A stretch of DNA of 64,000 nucleotides from Saprospirales bacterium (GTDB taxonomy: Bacteria; Bacteroidota; Bacteroidia; Chitinophagales; Saprospiraceae). Below, one piece after another: positions 1-8,989 of this stretch. Under the pieces are notes generated by a model, which did not search any database, was not told the origin of the DNA, and was given only the letters and a program-made list of their open reading frames with translations. The stretch is from the NCBI GenBank assembly GCA_007695145.1, contig REEI01000089.1, forward strand, positions 9,084 through 73,083. The letters run 5' to 3'. A program made the position numbers and the translations under genes. How positions within the stretch are numbered: position 1 is the stretch's first letter; every line of letters begins with the position of its first letter.

Positions 1-29
1 CCTTCAATATGAATGGACTTAATAATCAT
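1..29 (-). CDS. First 9 codons of a gene running off the window, probably an SbcC/YhaN-like AAA ATPase
   Basis: The ATG at 29-27 overlaps the stop of the upstream exonuclease gene (ATGATTATTAA). It reads MIIKSIHIE, which resembles N-termini of SbcC-type ATPases that pair with SbcD. It is too short to prove. Confidence 0.3.
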
Positions 30-1308
30 TATCTCCCAATTTATTCATCATAATAGCATTCACAGCAAAAGCTCCGGCATCCCTAATAATCTCATTCAAT
101 TCCGGTTCTTTCAAAAATTCCTCATGCAGGTCACGGATGTACTTCCGGTGCCTTCTATTTATCTCTTCATCAGTTTCTTCTATTAGCTTTTCACCCCTGG
201 AAGGATCAGAGGCCAATTGGTCAAACTCCCTTAAAAGGTCAGCAAAAAAGTCATCTGCTTTTTTCCGCTCATCAAGATCAATATTAGGAAGAGTCTTATT
301 GATGGGACTTTCAAATTGCAAGAGGGGATTCAATTCTAAGTACTCTGCATTAAAAGAGTTGAATAATTCCATGAGTTGATCTCCATCCTGAAAGGCCCGG
401 TAAAGTTCAGTGCTTCCTTTTAAAGTCGGCAACACAAACAACCCTCTTTCGGGATATTCATCCCTAATGGTCTCTATCAATTTATCCAATTTGACAGAAA
501 AGGAGTCTAAATCTTCAATCCCTGTACAGTCCATCTCTATCCTTTTATAGACAATGGGACTGAGCGGTCTGAAGTGCATTTTTTGAAGAGTCTTTCCATT
601 GAATTCAACTAAAAAGCACCCCTTATCACCCTCTTCATTAAAGTGCCGACCCTGTATATTTCCTGAAAAAGCAACTGTAGGTTTAGCTCTCGACAAAACA
701 GCCCGCTTGTGAATATGACCCAATGCCCAATAATCCATTTGCCTGGTCTCAAGGTCCATCATACTGAAAGGGCTATAGGGCATGTGTCCGGAATCAGTAC
801 CGAAATCGCCGTGCAACAAAGCGATGGAAAGTAGAAGTCGATCAGCCTGAGGGTACATCAGTGCCAGGTTTCGCTTTTCCTCCCTTTGTGCATAGCTCAT
901 GCCAAAAAGAGCGACCGCATCCTTGCCATTTTTCTTAAAATGTACTCTTTCTGGCTCCTCTCCACTGAACAGGTGAACATTTTGAGGCAATTTCAAGCTA
1001 TTTGACCATGTATTGATGGGGTCGTGATTACCGGTAATCAGATATACCATTATCCCTTTTTCCTCCAATCTTTTCATGCCTCGATTAAAGTAATACTGAG
1101 CCCTCATGGTTCCGGAACCAGTATCAAAACTATCTCCGGCAATTAACACAAAATCAACTCTCTCGCTCAAAGCCGCATCAATTAACCGATCAAAGGCAAC
1201 AAAGTTCGCTTGAATCATTTTCTCGCTCAGAGCAGAATTGATCCTGGATAAGCCGCGAAAAGGGCTTCCTAAATGAAGATCTGCGGCATGAATAAATTTA
1301 ATATGCAT
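19..1308 (-). CDS. Metallophosphoesterase DNA-repair exonuclease, SbcD/YhaO-like
   Basis: It starts MHIKFIHAADLHLGSPF. It carries the calcineurin-like phosphoesterase motifs DLH, GDSFD, GNHD and a GH pair (LHGD, GHIH). The ATG at 1308 is preferred over the longer ORF start at 1377. Confidence 0.85.
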   Translation of the reverse strand: MHIKFIHAADLHLGSPFRGLSRINSALSEKMIQANFVAFDRLIDAALSERVDFVLIAGDSFDTGSGTMRAQYYFNRGMKRLEEKGIMVYLITGNHDPINTWSNSLKLPQNVHLFSGEEPERVHFKKNGKDAVALFGMSYAQREEKRNLALMYPQADRLLLSIALLHGDFGTDSGHMPYSPFSMMDLETRQMDYWALGHIHKRAVLSRAKPTVAFSGNIQGRHFNEEGDKGCFLVEFNGKTLQKMHFRPLSPIVYKRIEMDCTGIEDLDSFSVKLDKLIETIRDEYPERGLFVLPTLKGSTELYRAFQDGDQLMELFNSFNAEYLELNPLLQFESPINKTLPNIDLDERKKADDFFADLLREFDQLASDPSRGEKLIEETDEEINRRHRKYIRDLHEEFLKEPELNEIIRDAGAFAVNAIMMNKLGDNDY

Positions 1309-1725
1309 AGCTATTGCTGTTTGATGGGTAAAGATAGTAAATTTGAACGTGTGAAAGGGGATATCCGGTCCGACCAAGATGCCTTAAAAAGGAATGGAAT
1401 TGTTCGTATAAAAACTACACATTTGTTGGAATGAGGATGTAATACATTTTTTCTTGAATCAAAGGTACCTGCAAAACTATCCTTTTAGCGATAAAATGAG
1501 CCATGCATCAAACTTCAGATTTTGTTTCAACTACTTTCCTATTTCCATTCAAGTTAAATCTTTCCGATGGTCTAAATTCCCAAATCAAGTTGGAGTTTCA
1601 AAACAGGAGATCAAACCAGGCAGCAAAAAATTCATTATTTTTGTAATCATTAAAGCCGGTAAAGTTCTCAGAGAGCCTATTGCTCTGAGAAACTTCAGGC
1701 AATTTCTCACAGAAAGCAAAGCAGT

Positions 1726-2484
1726 ATGGCAGGACATAATAAATGGTCAAAGATCAAGAGGAAAAAAGGAGTCGCTGATGCTAAAAGAGGGGCCATTTTT
1801 TCCAGAATCATAAAAGAAATAACCATAGCCATCAAAGAAGGTGGAAATGCGGACCCAGACTTCAATCCGCGACTGAGGTTGGCACTATCCAATGCCAAGG
1901 GTGCCAATATGCCCAAAGACAATATAGATCGTGCTATCAAGAAGGCGGAAGATAGTGGTGGGGAGGCGATGTTACAGCCCACTTATGAAGGTTACGCTCC
2001 TGGCGGTATTGCAGTATTTGTAGAGTGCGCAACTGACAATCTCTACCGGACAGTGGCAGCAGTAAGAGCGGTATTCAATAAAAAAGGTGGCAATCTGGCA
2101 ACCAGCGGCTCAGTTGATTATCTTTTTGATCGGAAGGGTATATTCGTAATCAAATCTGAAGAGGTGTCCGACATGGAAGATTTGGAGCTCGAACTCATAG
2201 ACGGGGGCGCTGAAGACATAGAAAAGGACATGGACAACCAGGAAATCACAATTACAGTTTCCTTTGAAGACTTTGGGAATATGCAAAAAAAGTTGGAAGA
2301 GCTCCAACTGGAGCCCAAAAGTGCTACTTTGGAGCGCATCCCGCTAAACACAATAAAGCTGGATGTACGGGAAGCTCAAAAGGCACTGAATCTAATAGAA
2401 GATTTAGAGGAAGTGGAGGATGTTCAAAATGTTTTTCACAATCTGGAAATGACTGAAGAATTGCAAGCTGCCCTTGAAGCATAA
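1726..2484 (+). CDS. yebC: YebC/PmpR family DNA-binding transcriptional regulator
   Basis: The N-terminus MAGHNKWSKIKRKKG..DAKRG is diagnostic for the family. Length is 252 aa. Confidence 0.93.
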   Translation: MAGHNKWSKIKRKKGVADAKRGAIFSRIIKEITIAIKEGGNADPDFNPRLRLALSNAKGANMPKDNIDRAIKKAEDSGGEAMLQPTYEGYAPGGIAVFVECATDNLYRTVAAVRAVFNKKGGNLATSGSVDYLFDRKGIFVIKSEEVSDMEDLELELIDGGAEDIEKDMDNQEITITVSFEDFGNMQKKLEELQLEPKSATLERIPLNTIKLDVREAQKALNLIEDLEEVEDVQNVFHNLEMTEELQAALEA

Positions 2485-2489
2485 AAAAA

Positions 2490-2515
2490 CCTCGTTGCCG
2501 AAGATGACAACGAGG
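2490..2515 (+). terminator. Stem-loop immediately after yebC (no T-tract)
   Basis: CCTCGTTG (2490-2497) pairs with CAACGAGG (2508-2515) around a 10-nt loop, 6 nt after the stop codon. Confidence 0.45.
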
Positions 2516-2644
2516 TCGAACACACTATGAGAACACCCTAAATCTTTAATTGCTATAAAAAGTTTATAATAAAAATCTCATTATTAACTTAACAAGCACA
2601 TTGCAAAGGTAAAACAACTGATTCAAATACACCAAATTTTTTTG

Positions 2645-4606
2645 ATGATTTCTGAAAAAAATATTGAAAAGATTTTCGAAACACTTGATATAGAGGATAT
2701 TATAAGTGACTTTGTAACCTTAAAAAAAAGGGGGTCCAACTTGTTGGGGCTATGTCCCTTTCACAATGAAAAGACCCCCTCCTTTTCTGTGTCACCCTCA
2801 AAGGGAATATTCAAATGCTTTGGTTGTGGGAAAGGTGGAAACGCCATCCAGTTTCTAATGGAGCACGAAAATTTCACTTACCCGGAAGCACTAAAATATG
2901 TAGCAGCAAAGTACAACATACTCATTGAAGAGGCTCCCCTCACCCGAGAGGCGGAAGAAGAGAGGAAAGAGCGAGACAGCCTTTATATTGTAAATGAATT
3001 TGCAAGAAAGTTTTTCAAGGAATCACTTTTAAATACCGGTGAGGGAAAATCTGTGGGTCTCGATTACTTCAATAACAGAGGCTATGATCAGGATACAATC
3101 GATCGATTTGATCTGGGCTATGCTCCCCGCTCCGGAACCGCTCTAAAAAGTGCTGCTTTGAGAAGTGGGTATGAGCTGGAGCGACTAAAGACACTAGGGT
3201 TGGTTTCAGCTAAGGAGTTTGATTTTTTTCGAGAAAGAGTAATCTTCACTATTCACAACCTAAGCGGAAAGCCGCTTGCATTTGCTGGACGTACACTATC
3301 AACTGATAAAAAAACGCCCAAGTATGTCAACAGTCCGGAATCCGAAATTTACGTAAAGAGCAATATACTTTATGGACTCTATCAGGCCCGTCAGACCATA
3401 AGAGCTCAAGACAGGGTTTATCTCGTAGAAGGTTATACAGATGTAATCAGCCTTCACCAGGCTGGCATAACCAATGTAGTAGCAGTATCGGGAACGAGTC
3501 TTACACAGGGGCAAATCAATCTGTTAAAGCGATTTTCAAATAACATCCACCTTATCTTCGATGGCGATAGCGCCGGGATGAATGCTGCAATGAGGTCACT
3601 GGATTTGTTGCTGGAACAACAAGCCAATGTTAGGACTATTATGCTACCAGAAGGGGAAGACCCTGACTCCATTATCAAGAGCATTGGAAAAGAAGCCTTC
3701 CTAACTTTTTTAGAAGAACAAAATAAAGATTTTCTTGACTTCAAACTCTCTGTATTGCCCGAGGCCCAATCTGAAGATCCTTTTGAACGCACAAAGGCCA
3801 TAAGGGAAATTGTGCGCACCATAAGCCTTCTAACTGACCAACTCAATAGAAGTCTCTACATAAGGAAGGCAGCTGATCGATTTAAAATGGAGGAATCTGT
3901 ATTGGTGGACGAGGTAAACAAGGCCCTCAAAGATAAGATTTGGAAGGAAAAGGGAAGGCGACAGAGAGAGAAAGAGCGAGAAGAGCGCAACGAAGTACAG
4001 ACTTCCTCAAACGAGACTGAAGAGGGTCCAATTGTATCGGCAAAAAGAGAAGCTGCTATTGAGCAGCGCGACTTTTTCCAGGAAAGAGCTCTGATAGAGG
4101 TCCTGCTGAAATATGGTAACGAAAAAATGGAAAATGGTCAAAGTGTTTATGAATTTGCTATTGCAAACCTGGAAGATATAGCGGACAATATTGAGGACAA
4201 AAGAGTAAAAGCAATACTACAATCAATGAAAGCCTCACACAGTAAAAAGGGAGCACTGGATATACAATCGCTGGTGGGACATCCGGATAGTGGTGTAAAC
4301 AAATTGGTAGTTGATCTGCTCACGGAGGAATATTCCTACAGTGAAAACTGGGAAAACAGATGGAATATCATCCTCCAAAACCAAAAGCCTCCCGATGAAA
4401 ATTTTACCCAGGAAACAGAACAAGTTGTTATTTCTTTAAAATTGCGGAAGGTAAGGCGTGTAATTGACCAATTGATGAAAGATATCAATAAAAAAATAGA
4501 AGATCAGAACCCTGCCTCTGTGGATGAACAACTCGAACTATATATGGAGCTAAAGAGCCTGGAACGCCAATTGGCTGAAAAATTGAGAACTATCATTTAT
4601 TCCTAA
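2645..4606 (+). CDS. dnaG: DNA primase
   Basis: CHC2 zinc finger CPFHNEKTPSFSV..CFGCGKGG. Toprim motifs EGYTDV and DGDSAG are present. The ATG at 2645 is preferred; a TTG lies at 2642. Confidence 0.95.
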   Translation: MISEKNIEKIFETLDIEDIISDFVTLKKRGSNLLGLCPFHNEKTPSFSVSPSKGIFKCFGCGKGGNAIQFLMEHENFTYPEALKYVAAKYNILIEEAPLTREAEEERKERDSLYIVNEFARKFFKESLLNTGEGKSVGLDYFNNRGYDQDTIDRFDLGYAPRSGTALKSAALRSGYELERLKTLGLVSAKEFDFFRERVIFTIHNLSGKPLAFAGRTLSTDKKTPKYVNSPESEIYVKSNILYGLYQARQTIRAQDRVYLVEGYTDVISLHQAGITNVVAVSGTSLTQGQINLLKRFSNNIHLIFDGDSAGMNAAMRSLDLLLEQQANVRTIMLPEGEDPDSIIKSIGKEAFLTFLEEQNKDFLDFKLSVLPEAQSEDPFERTKAIREIVRTISLLTDQLNRSLYIRKAADRFKMEESVLVDEVNKALKDKIWKEKGRRQREKEREERNEVQTSSNETEEGPIVSAKREAAIEQRDFFQERALIEVLLKYGNEKMENGQSVYEFAIANLEDIADNIEDKRVKAILQSMKASHSKKGALDIQSLVGHPDSGVNKLVVDLLTEEYSYSENWENRWNIILQNQKPPDENFTQETEQVVISLKLRKVRRVIDQLMKDINKKIEDQNPASVDEQLELYMELKSLERQLAEKLRTIIYS

Positions 4607-4753
4607 TCTTTCGTCTGCCGATCATTATGGCTTGACCAAATATAATAATTCAATGTAGTAGCTAAATCTCTTCCCTTAGTAAATGCTAAATTCTCACCAC
4701 CAATTGTTCAATAACATCATTTCCATTACTTTTGGCGTAAAATTTAGGCTGAA

Positions 4754-5434
4754 TTGAACGCTGATAAGGTAAAGATAAATACTGAGTGGAGGGAAGTTCT
4801 CAGAGACGAGTTTGAAAAACCATACTTTTCCAAGCTTCGCCAAAAATTACTTCAGGACAAGCAGGCAGGAAAGCTCATCTATCCCTCCGGATCAAAAATA
4901 TTCAATGCTTTTGACTCCACTCCCTTCTCCAAAGTAAAGGTGATAATTTTGGGGCAGGACCCCTATCATGGTCCAGGACAGGCTATGGGTTTATCGTTTT
5001 CCGTACCGCGAAACATAAAAATCCCACCCTCTTTGAGAAATATTCACAAGGAATTACACAATGATCTAAGTATCACTCCGCCCGATCATGGAGATTTAAG
5101 TACCTGGGCCAAAAGAGGAGTCTTTCTATTGAATGCGATTCTTACCGTGGAACACAAAAAGCCCGGATCACACAGCAAAATCGGCTGGGAGACATTTACG
5201 GATGCAGTGATTGAAAAACTTTCTGATGAAAGAGAAAATCTCGTGTTTTTACTTTGGGGGCGTTTTGCCAGATCAAAGGCCTCGCTCATTGACTCGCGCA
5301 AGCACCAAATTTTGGAGTCAGCACACCCCAGTCCACTGGCTGGAAATGCATTTATGAACAATCACCATTTTTCTAAAGCAAACAATGCGCTGACTTCTAA
5401 AGATATAGAACCTATTGATTGGAGTATTGATTGA
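4754..5434 (+). CDS. ung: Uracil-DNA glycosylase (family 1)
   Basis: Motifs GQDPYHGPGQAMGLSFSV and HPSPLA. TTG at 4754 is the only possible start, because an in-frame TAG sits at 4745-4747 and the conserved TEW..VL..E...PYF lies just downstream. Confidence 0.93.
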   Translation: MNADKVKINTEWREVLRDEFEKPYFSKLRQKLLQDKQAGKLIYPSGSKIFNAFDSTPFSKVKVIILGQDPYHGPGQAMGLSFSVPRNIKIPPSLRNIHKELHNDLSITPPDHGDLSTWAKRGVFLLNAILTVEHKKPGSHSKIGWETFTDAVIEKLSDERENLVFLLWGRFARSKASLIDSRKHQILESAHPSPLAGNAFMNNHHFSKANNALTSKDIEPIDWSID

Positions 5435-5454
5435 ACCAAAAAAATAGCATTACA

Positions 5455-5859
5455 ATGGAACCAATAAAGTATCGGAATCAATTTATTGCTTTAGGATGCA
5501 TGGGACTAATCGCAGTCGTTTTCGGCGCATTTTCGGCCCACGGATTAGAGGGAAGACTGGATGAATCTTCGCTAAACTCATTTAAAACGGCAGTTGAATA
5601 TCAATTTTACCACGTGATTGTAGGGCTGCTGATGTGCTTTGCACCAGATAGGCTCAGAGCAAATTTGGTGCGCCTTAGCATCCATCTCTTTATCACTGGT
5701 ATGTTTCTTTTCTGCGGTTCAATATACCTACTCAGTACAGCCGGGGAAATCCACCAAATCAATGTGAGTGCCCTTGGACCTGTAACACCGGTAGGAGGAG
5801 CTGTTTTAGTCTCAGGGTGGTTTGTCCTTATTGTAAGTGCCATACCTGAAAGAAAGTGA
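5455..5859 (+). CDS. DUF423 (YgdD-like) small membrane protein
   Basis: Four predicted TM helices. It has the FGAFSAHGL motif typical of DUF423. An alternative TTG at 5431 overlaps the ung stop. Confidence 0.8.
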   Translation: MEPIKYRNQFIALGCMGLIAVVFGAFSAHGLEGRLDESSLNSFKTAVEYQFYHVIVGLLMCFAPDRLRANLVRLSIHLFITGMFLFCGSIYLLSTAGEIHQINVSALGPVTPVGGAVLVSGWFVLIVSAIPERK

Positions 5860-6052
5860 TTTCGGGTAAAATTACTTTCAAGAGTCAAAAGTGATTTCCA
5901 TTTGGGAAAGAATTCTAATATTATTTTGCATCATTTCATTGAGTCTCTCAAACTTATAAAATTTCCTTAAATATTATTCCTAAAAATTCGTGTGGACAAT
6001 GATATTATTTCCCATATTTGCATGTTGAGTTTGCAATCAAAAAAATCGAAAT

Positions 6053-6577
6053 ATGAAACATTTACTTACATTATTTTTCGGAGTACTGCTTTTTGCAGGG
6101 ACTACTTCTGAAGTACACGCTCAAAAAGTCACTGACTATGAAACTTCGATAGGTATTCGGTTGGGTTGGGGATTTACATTTACAGGGAAGCATTTTATTA
6201 ATGATGCCCATGCGATTGAAGGTATTTTAAACTATCGATGGGGATGGACTCGTTATAACCAAACGAGGATTGCTGCAGTGTATCAAATTCATGGAGATCT
6301 CTCTGATGTCTTTGATGGTTTGGCGTGGTACTGGGGATTTGGTGGTGTAGTTGGGTTTGAGTCTTATTCCTCAAGATTCTCGGATGCCTCTACTCAGGTT
6401 TTTTTTGGAGTTGTCGGCGCTATTGGGCTGGACTATGCTCTTCAAAACACTCCAGTTAACGTAAGTGTGGACTTTATGCCAAACTTTGTTTTTGGAGACA
6501 GAATAAGTGGTTTGAGCGGGTCAAGAGGATTTAGAGGGGATATGGGTGGAGTGGCTGTAAGATATATTTTGAAATAA
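6053..6577 (+). CDS. Secreted hypothetical protein, possibly a small outer-membrane beta-barrel
   Basis: Signal peptide MKHLLTLFFGVLLFAGTTSEVHA-Q. The sequence is G/W/Y/F-rich with alternating pattern. No family is recognised. Confidence 0.65.
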   Translation: MKHLLTLFFGVLLFAGTTSEVHAQKVTDYETSIGIRLGWGFTFTGKHFINDAHAIEGILNYRWGWTRYNQTRIAAVYQIHGDLSDVFDGLAWYWGFGGVVGFESYSSRFSDASTQVFFGVVGAIGLDYALQNTPVNVSVDFMPNFVFGDRISGLSGSRGFRGDMGGVAVRYILK

Positions 6578-6603
6578 TTTCCCTTAAGTCAAATATTTGA
6601 AAA

Positions 6604-6635
6604 AGCTCCGGATCTATCGTCCGGGGCTTTTTTTT
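6604..6635 (+). terminator. Rho-independent terminator between convergent genes
   Basis: An 8-bp stem (AGCTCCGG / CCGGGGCT, one G-U pair) with a 9-nt loop is followed by T8. It is preceded by A4, so it may act in both directions. Confidence 0.75.
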
Positions 6636-6677
6636 GTTGAGGTTAGAAAGACTTGAAAGTAAAGATAACTAAGGTGA

Positions 6678-7676
6678 TTATCTACTGAAGTCGATCTCCG
6701 TATTGTCTCCTAGATTTAGACTTTGTTTCATACCCCTAATTGCAGTATCATTCCCAACTATACTATCCTGGAGCACGACCTCTTCAATGGATGAATGCTC
6801 CCCAATTATGGATTCTTTTATGATTGCAGACCGAATGACCGAATTCCCGCCAATCGTAACATGGGGTCCAATTATAGAATTTTCAATTTCGCATCCCGGG
6901 GATATATGCACGGGTTGTAGAATAATGGTGTTGTTGAATCCGGGTAATTGGAGGGTTGGATATCCGGCTTTTTCCAATAGAATTGAGTTGGTTTTCAGCA
7001 GCACGTCCTTTTTACCACAGTCGTACCAATTTTCAGCATGCGTAATATGAAAGCGCCCCCCATCCTTTAGCATGCGCATAATGGCATCTGTCAACTGAAA
7101 TTCTGAATGAGTTCTATGTTCTGATCTTATCAGGTCATCGAGAGCCTCAATCAGGAGACCGGCCTTCTGAAATTTGTAAATTCCGATCATCGCAAGATTG
7201 CTTTTTGGAATGCTGGGTTTTTCAACCACGGACATTACAAAGCCCTCCTTATTGAGTTCAACAATACCGAATTCCCTCGGGTCAGATACTTTTGCAACTG
7301 CAACGCAATTATCTTCACATTGGAGCATGGCATCCAAATTCATATCAAAGATAAGGTCACCTAGTACCACGAAAACTTTCTCGTCCCTTTTCAGGCAATT
7401 TCTCGCCGACCATATTGCATGGCCAAGGCCTTCCCGACTTTCTTGAACCACAAACTCCTTCTTGAGCCGTGGATATTTTTCTCCGATGTAATTTTTGATC
7501 TTATCACCGAGATAACCAATGACAAAGACAAATTCATCAAAACCGGCTTCAATCAATTCGTCAATGATAAACCCAATGATGGGCTTACCCGCAACAGGTA
7601 TCAAGGGTTTTGGCTGGGTATAAGTAAGTGGCCTTAAGCGGGTTCCGGCCCCGGCTACAGGAATTATTGCTTTCAT
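6678..7676 (-). CDS. Sugar-phosphate nucleotidyltransferase with C-terminal left-handed beta-helix (hexapeptide) domain
   Basis: N-terminal MKAIIPVAGAGTRLRPLT..PKPL is the NTP-transferase signature. The C-terminal third has hexapeptide-like I/V-G repeats. The ATG at 7676 is preferred; a TTG lies two codons upstream at 7682. Confidence 0.85.
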   Translation of the reverse strand: MKAIIPVAGAGTRLRPLTYTQPKPLIPVAGKPIIGFIIDELIEAGFDEFVFVIGYLGDKIKNYIGEKYPRLKKEFVVQESREGLGHAIWSARNCLKRDEKVFVVLGDLIFDMNLDAMLQCEDNCVAVAKVSDPREFGIVELNKEGFVMSVVEKPSIPKSNLAMIGIYKFQKAGLLIEALDDLIRSEHRTHSEFQLTDAIMRMLKDGGRFHITHAENWYDCGKKDVLLKTNSILLEKAGYPTLQLPGFNNTIILQPVHISPGCEIENSIIGPHVTIGGNSVIRSAIIKESIIGEHSSIEEVVLQDSIVGNDTAIRGMKQSLNLGDNTEIDFSR

Positions 7677-7974
7677 GTTCAATTATTGACCTGACAAACA
7701 TACCCCAAAAGAGAGAAAAATAAAAATGGTGTTGGTTAAAATAACTTAAAACCCTATCCACAGGTGAAAACTAAAATACCTATAGACTTTCTACATAAGG
7801 TTTCCCCCAGCCAAAGTTTAGGGTCGAAAAAAAACCACTATGTGATTAATGATTAGACTGAGCCCTTATTATGAAAGGTGCGTTAATTGGAATCACCATT
7901 CATTCAATTTTCTACAAAACAGCATGATGCAAAATTGAGAGCCTGAAATTACAAGAGCTTGAATCAATCCAAAA

Positions 7975-8541
7975 TCATGGCTTTATGCCGTATTCTTCCA
8001 AAAGAAGTTTGGTTTCATCTCGGGGAACAAATTGCATAGCTGCTGAATTGATGCAGTAGCGCAAGCCGGTTGGAGGGGGGCCGTCTTCAAAAACATGCCC
8101 TTGATGACCGCCGCATTTTAGGCAATGCACCTCAACCCTAATCAGTCCGTGAGATTGATCCTCTTTGTAGCCAAGGAGACCCGGTGCCATTGGCTTTGAG
8201 TAACTTGGCCACCCGCAATGGGAACCAAATTTATCCTTTGAGTCAAAAAGTGGCAATCCGCAACCCGCACAACAAAAAATACCGTCTTCATTAAAGTGGG
8301 TGAACCTCCCTGAAAAACGTCTCTCTGTACCCTCCTGCCTTAGAATTCTAAATTGCTCCGGACTCAATCGATCTTTCCAGTAATCATCCTCCTTTTCTAA
8401 TATCAGGAACTCAGGACCACAGGAAGTGCCAAATAAAAAATAGTCGTAGTTAACGCGATTACTATCTACTACCTGTGCGGTGCAAGCAGGGATAAGCAGA
8501 AAAAAGCAGCAGAATAAATTAAGTATTTTAGTTGAGGTCAT
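7975..8541 (-). CDS. msrB: Peptide-methionine (R)-S-oxide reductase MsrB with an N-terminal signal or lipoprotein-like leader
   Basis: Two CxxC zinc pairs (CAGCG, CLKCG). The catalytic motif is GLRYCINS. The leader is MTSTKILNLFCCFFLLIPAC. The start at 8541 overlaps the upstream gene by 14 nt. Confidence 0.9.
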   Translation of the reverse strand: MTSTKILNLFCCFFLLIPACTAQVVDSNRVNYDYFLFGTSCGPEFLILEKEDDYWKDRLSPEQFRILRQEGTERRFSGRFTHFNEDGIFCCAGCGLPLFDSKDKFGSHCGWPSYSKPMAPGLLGYKEDQSHGLIRVEVHCLKCGGHQGHVFEDGPPPTGLRYCINSAAMQFVPRDETKLLLEEYGIKP

Positions 8542-8989
8542 GGCCGATTGAATCGCTATCTCTTTTAAGTTTTTCCTGATCCCTCTGCATGGTGAAGCTA
8601 ACAATTTTCATAATACTCCAACCGATTCCAAGGAATATAGTATATCCAATTACTAAAATGCTAATAATAGAGCGAAAGCCTCCAGACTCATTTAACGAAA
8701 TCCCTGTTAGACCCCAGCTGGTCAATACACACAATGAACCCAGGGCAATAAAACTATAGACCGAAAGCGTCCAATACTTGTTCTCGGCATTGAAACTGAA
8801 GAGCATGATGGTGTTAAAAAGGGAATAAATCAGAATCATGGCTGTAAAAATACCCCAAACAAATACACCATTGTCAGGCAATTCAATAAAAGCTTGAGAC
8901 AGCAGACCTATCACTACAATGACCATACCAGTCAAAAAGGAAGCGGAAGCAAGGTAAAATGGATTTTTGAAGGTTTCAATTTCCAGCAT
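8528..8989 (-). CDS. Hypothetical integral membrane protein (about 4-5 TM)
   Basis: It has hydrophobic helices throughout. It is sandwiched between rimO and msrB with overlapping stop/start codons on both sides. No family is recognised. Confidence 0.6.
   Translation of the reverse strand: MLEIETFKNPFYLASASFLTGMVIVVIGLLSQAFIELPDNGVFVWGIFTAMILIYSLFNTIMLFSFNAENKYWTLSVYSFIALGSLCVLTSWGLTGISLNESGGFRSIISILVIGYTIFLGIGWSIMKIVSFTMQRDQEKLKRDSDSIGHDLN

Noticed and set aside
1665-1715. Chain of mutually exclusive hairpins just upstream of yebC: TTCTCAGAG/CTCTGAGAA (9 bp), GAGAAA/TTTCTC, and TTTCT-CAC-AGAAA
   Set aside because: It is attractive as an attenuator or operator. However, a 9-bp perfect inverted repeat with a short loop is expected a few times by chance in 64 kb of AT-rich DNA. 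There is no U-tract or leader peptide, and I have no conservation evidence.
1454-1813. 119-aa ORF spanning the sbcD-yebC intergenic region and overlapping the yebC start
   Set aside because: It has no motif or signal. It runs into the clearly real yebC in another frame and is most likely non-coding promoter DNA.
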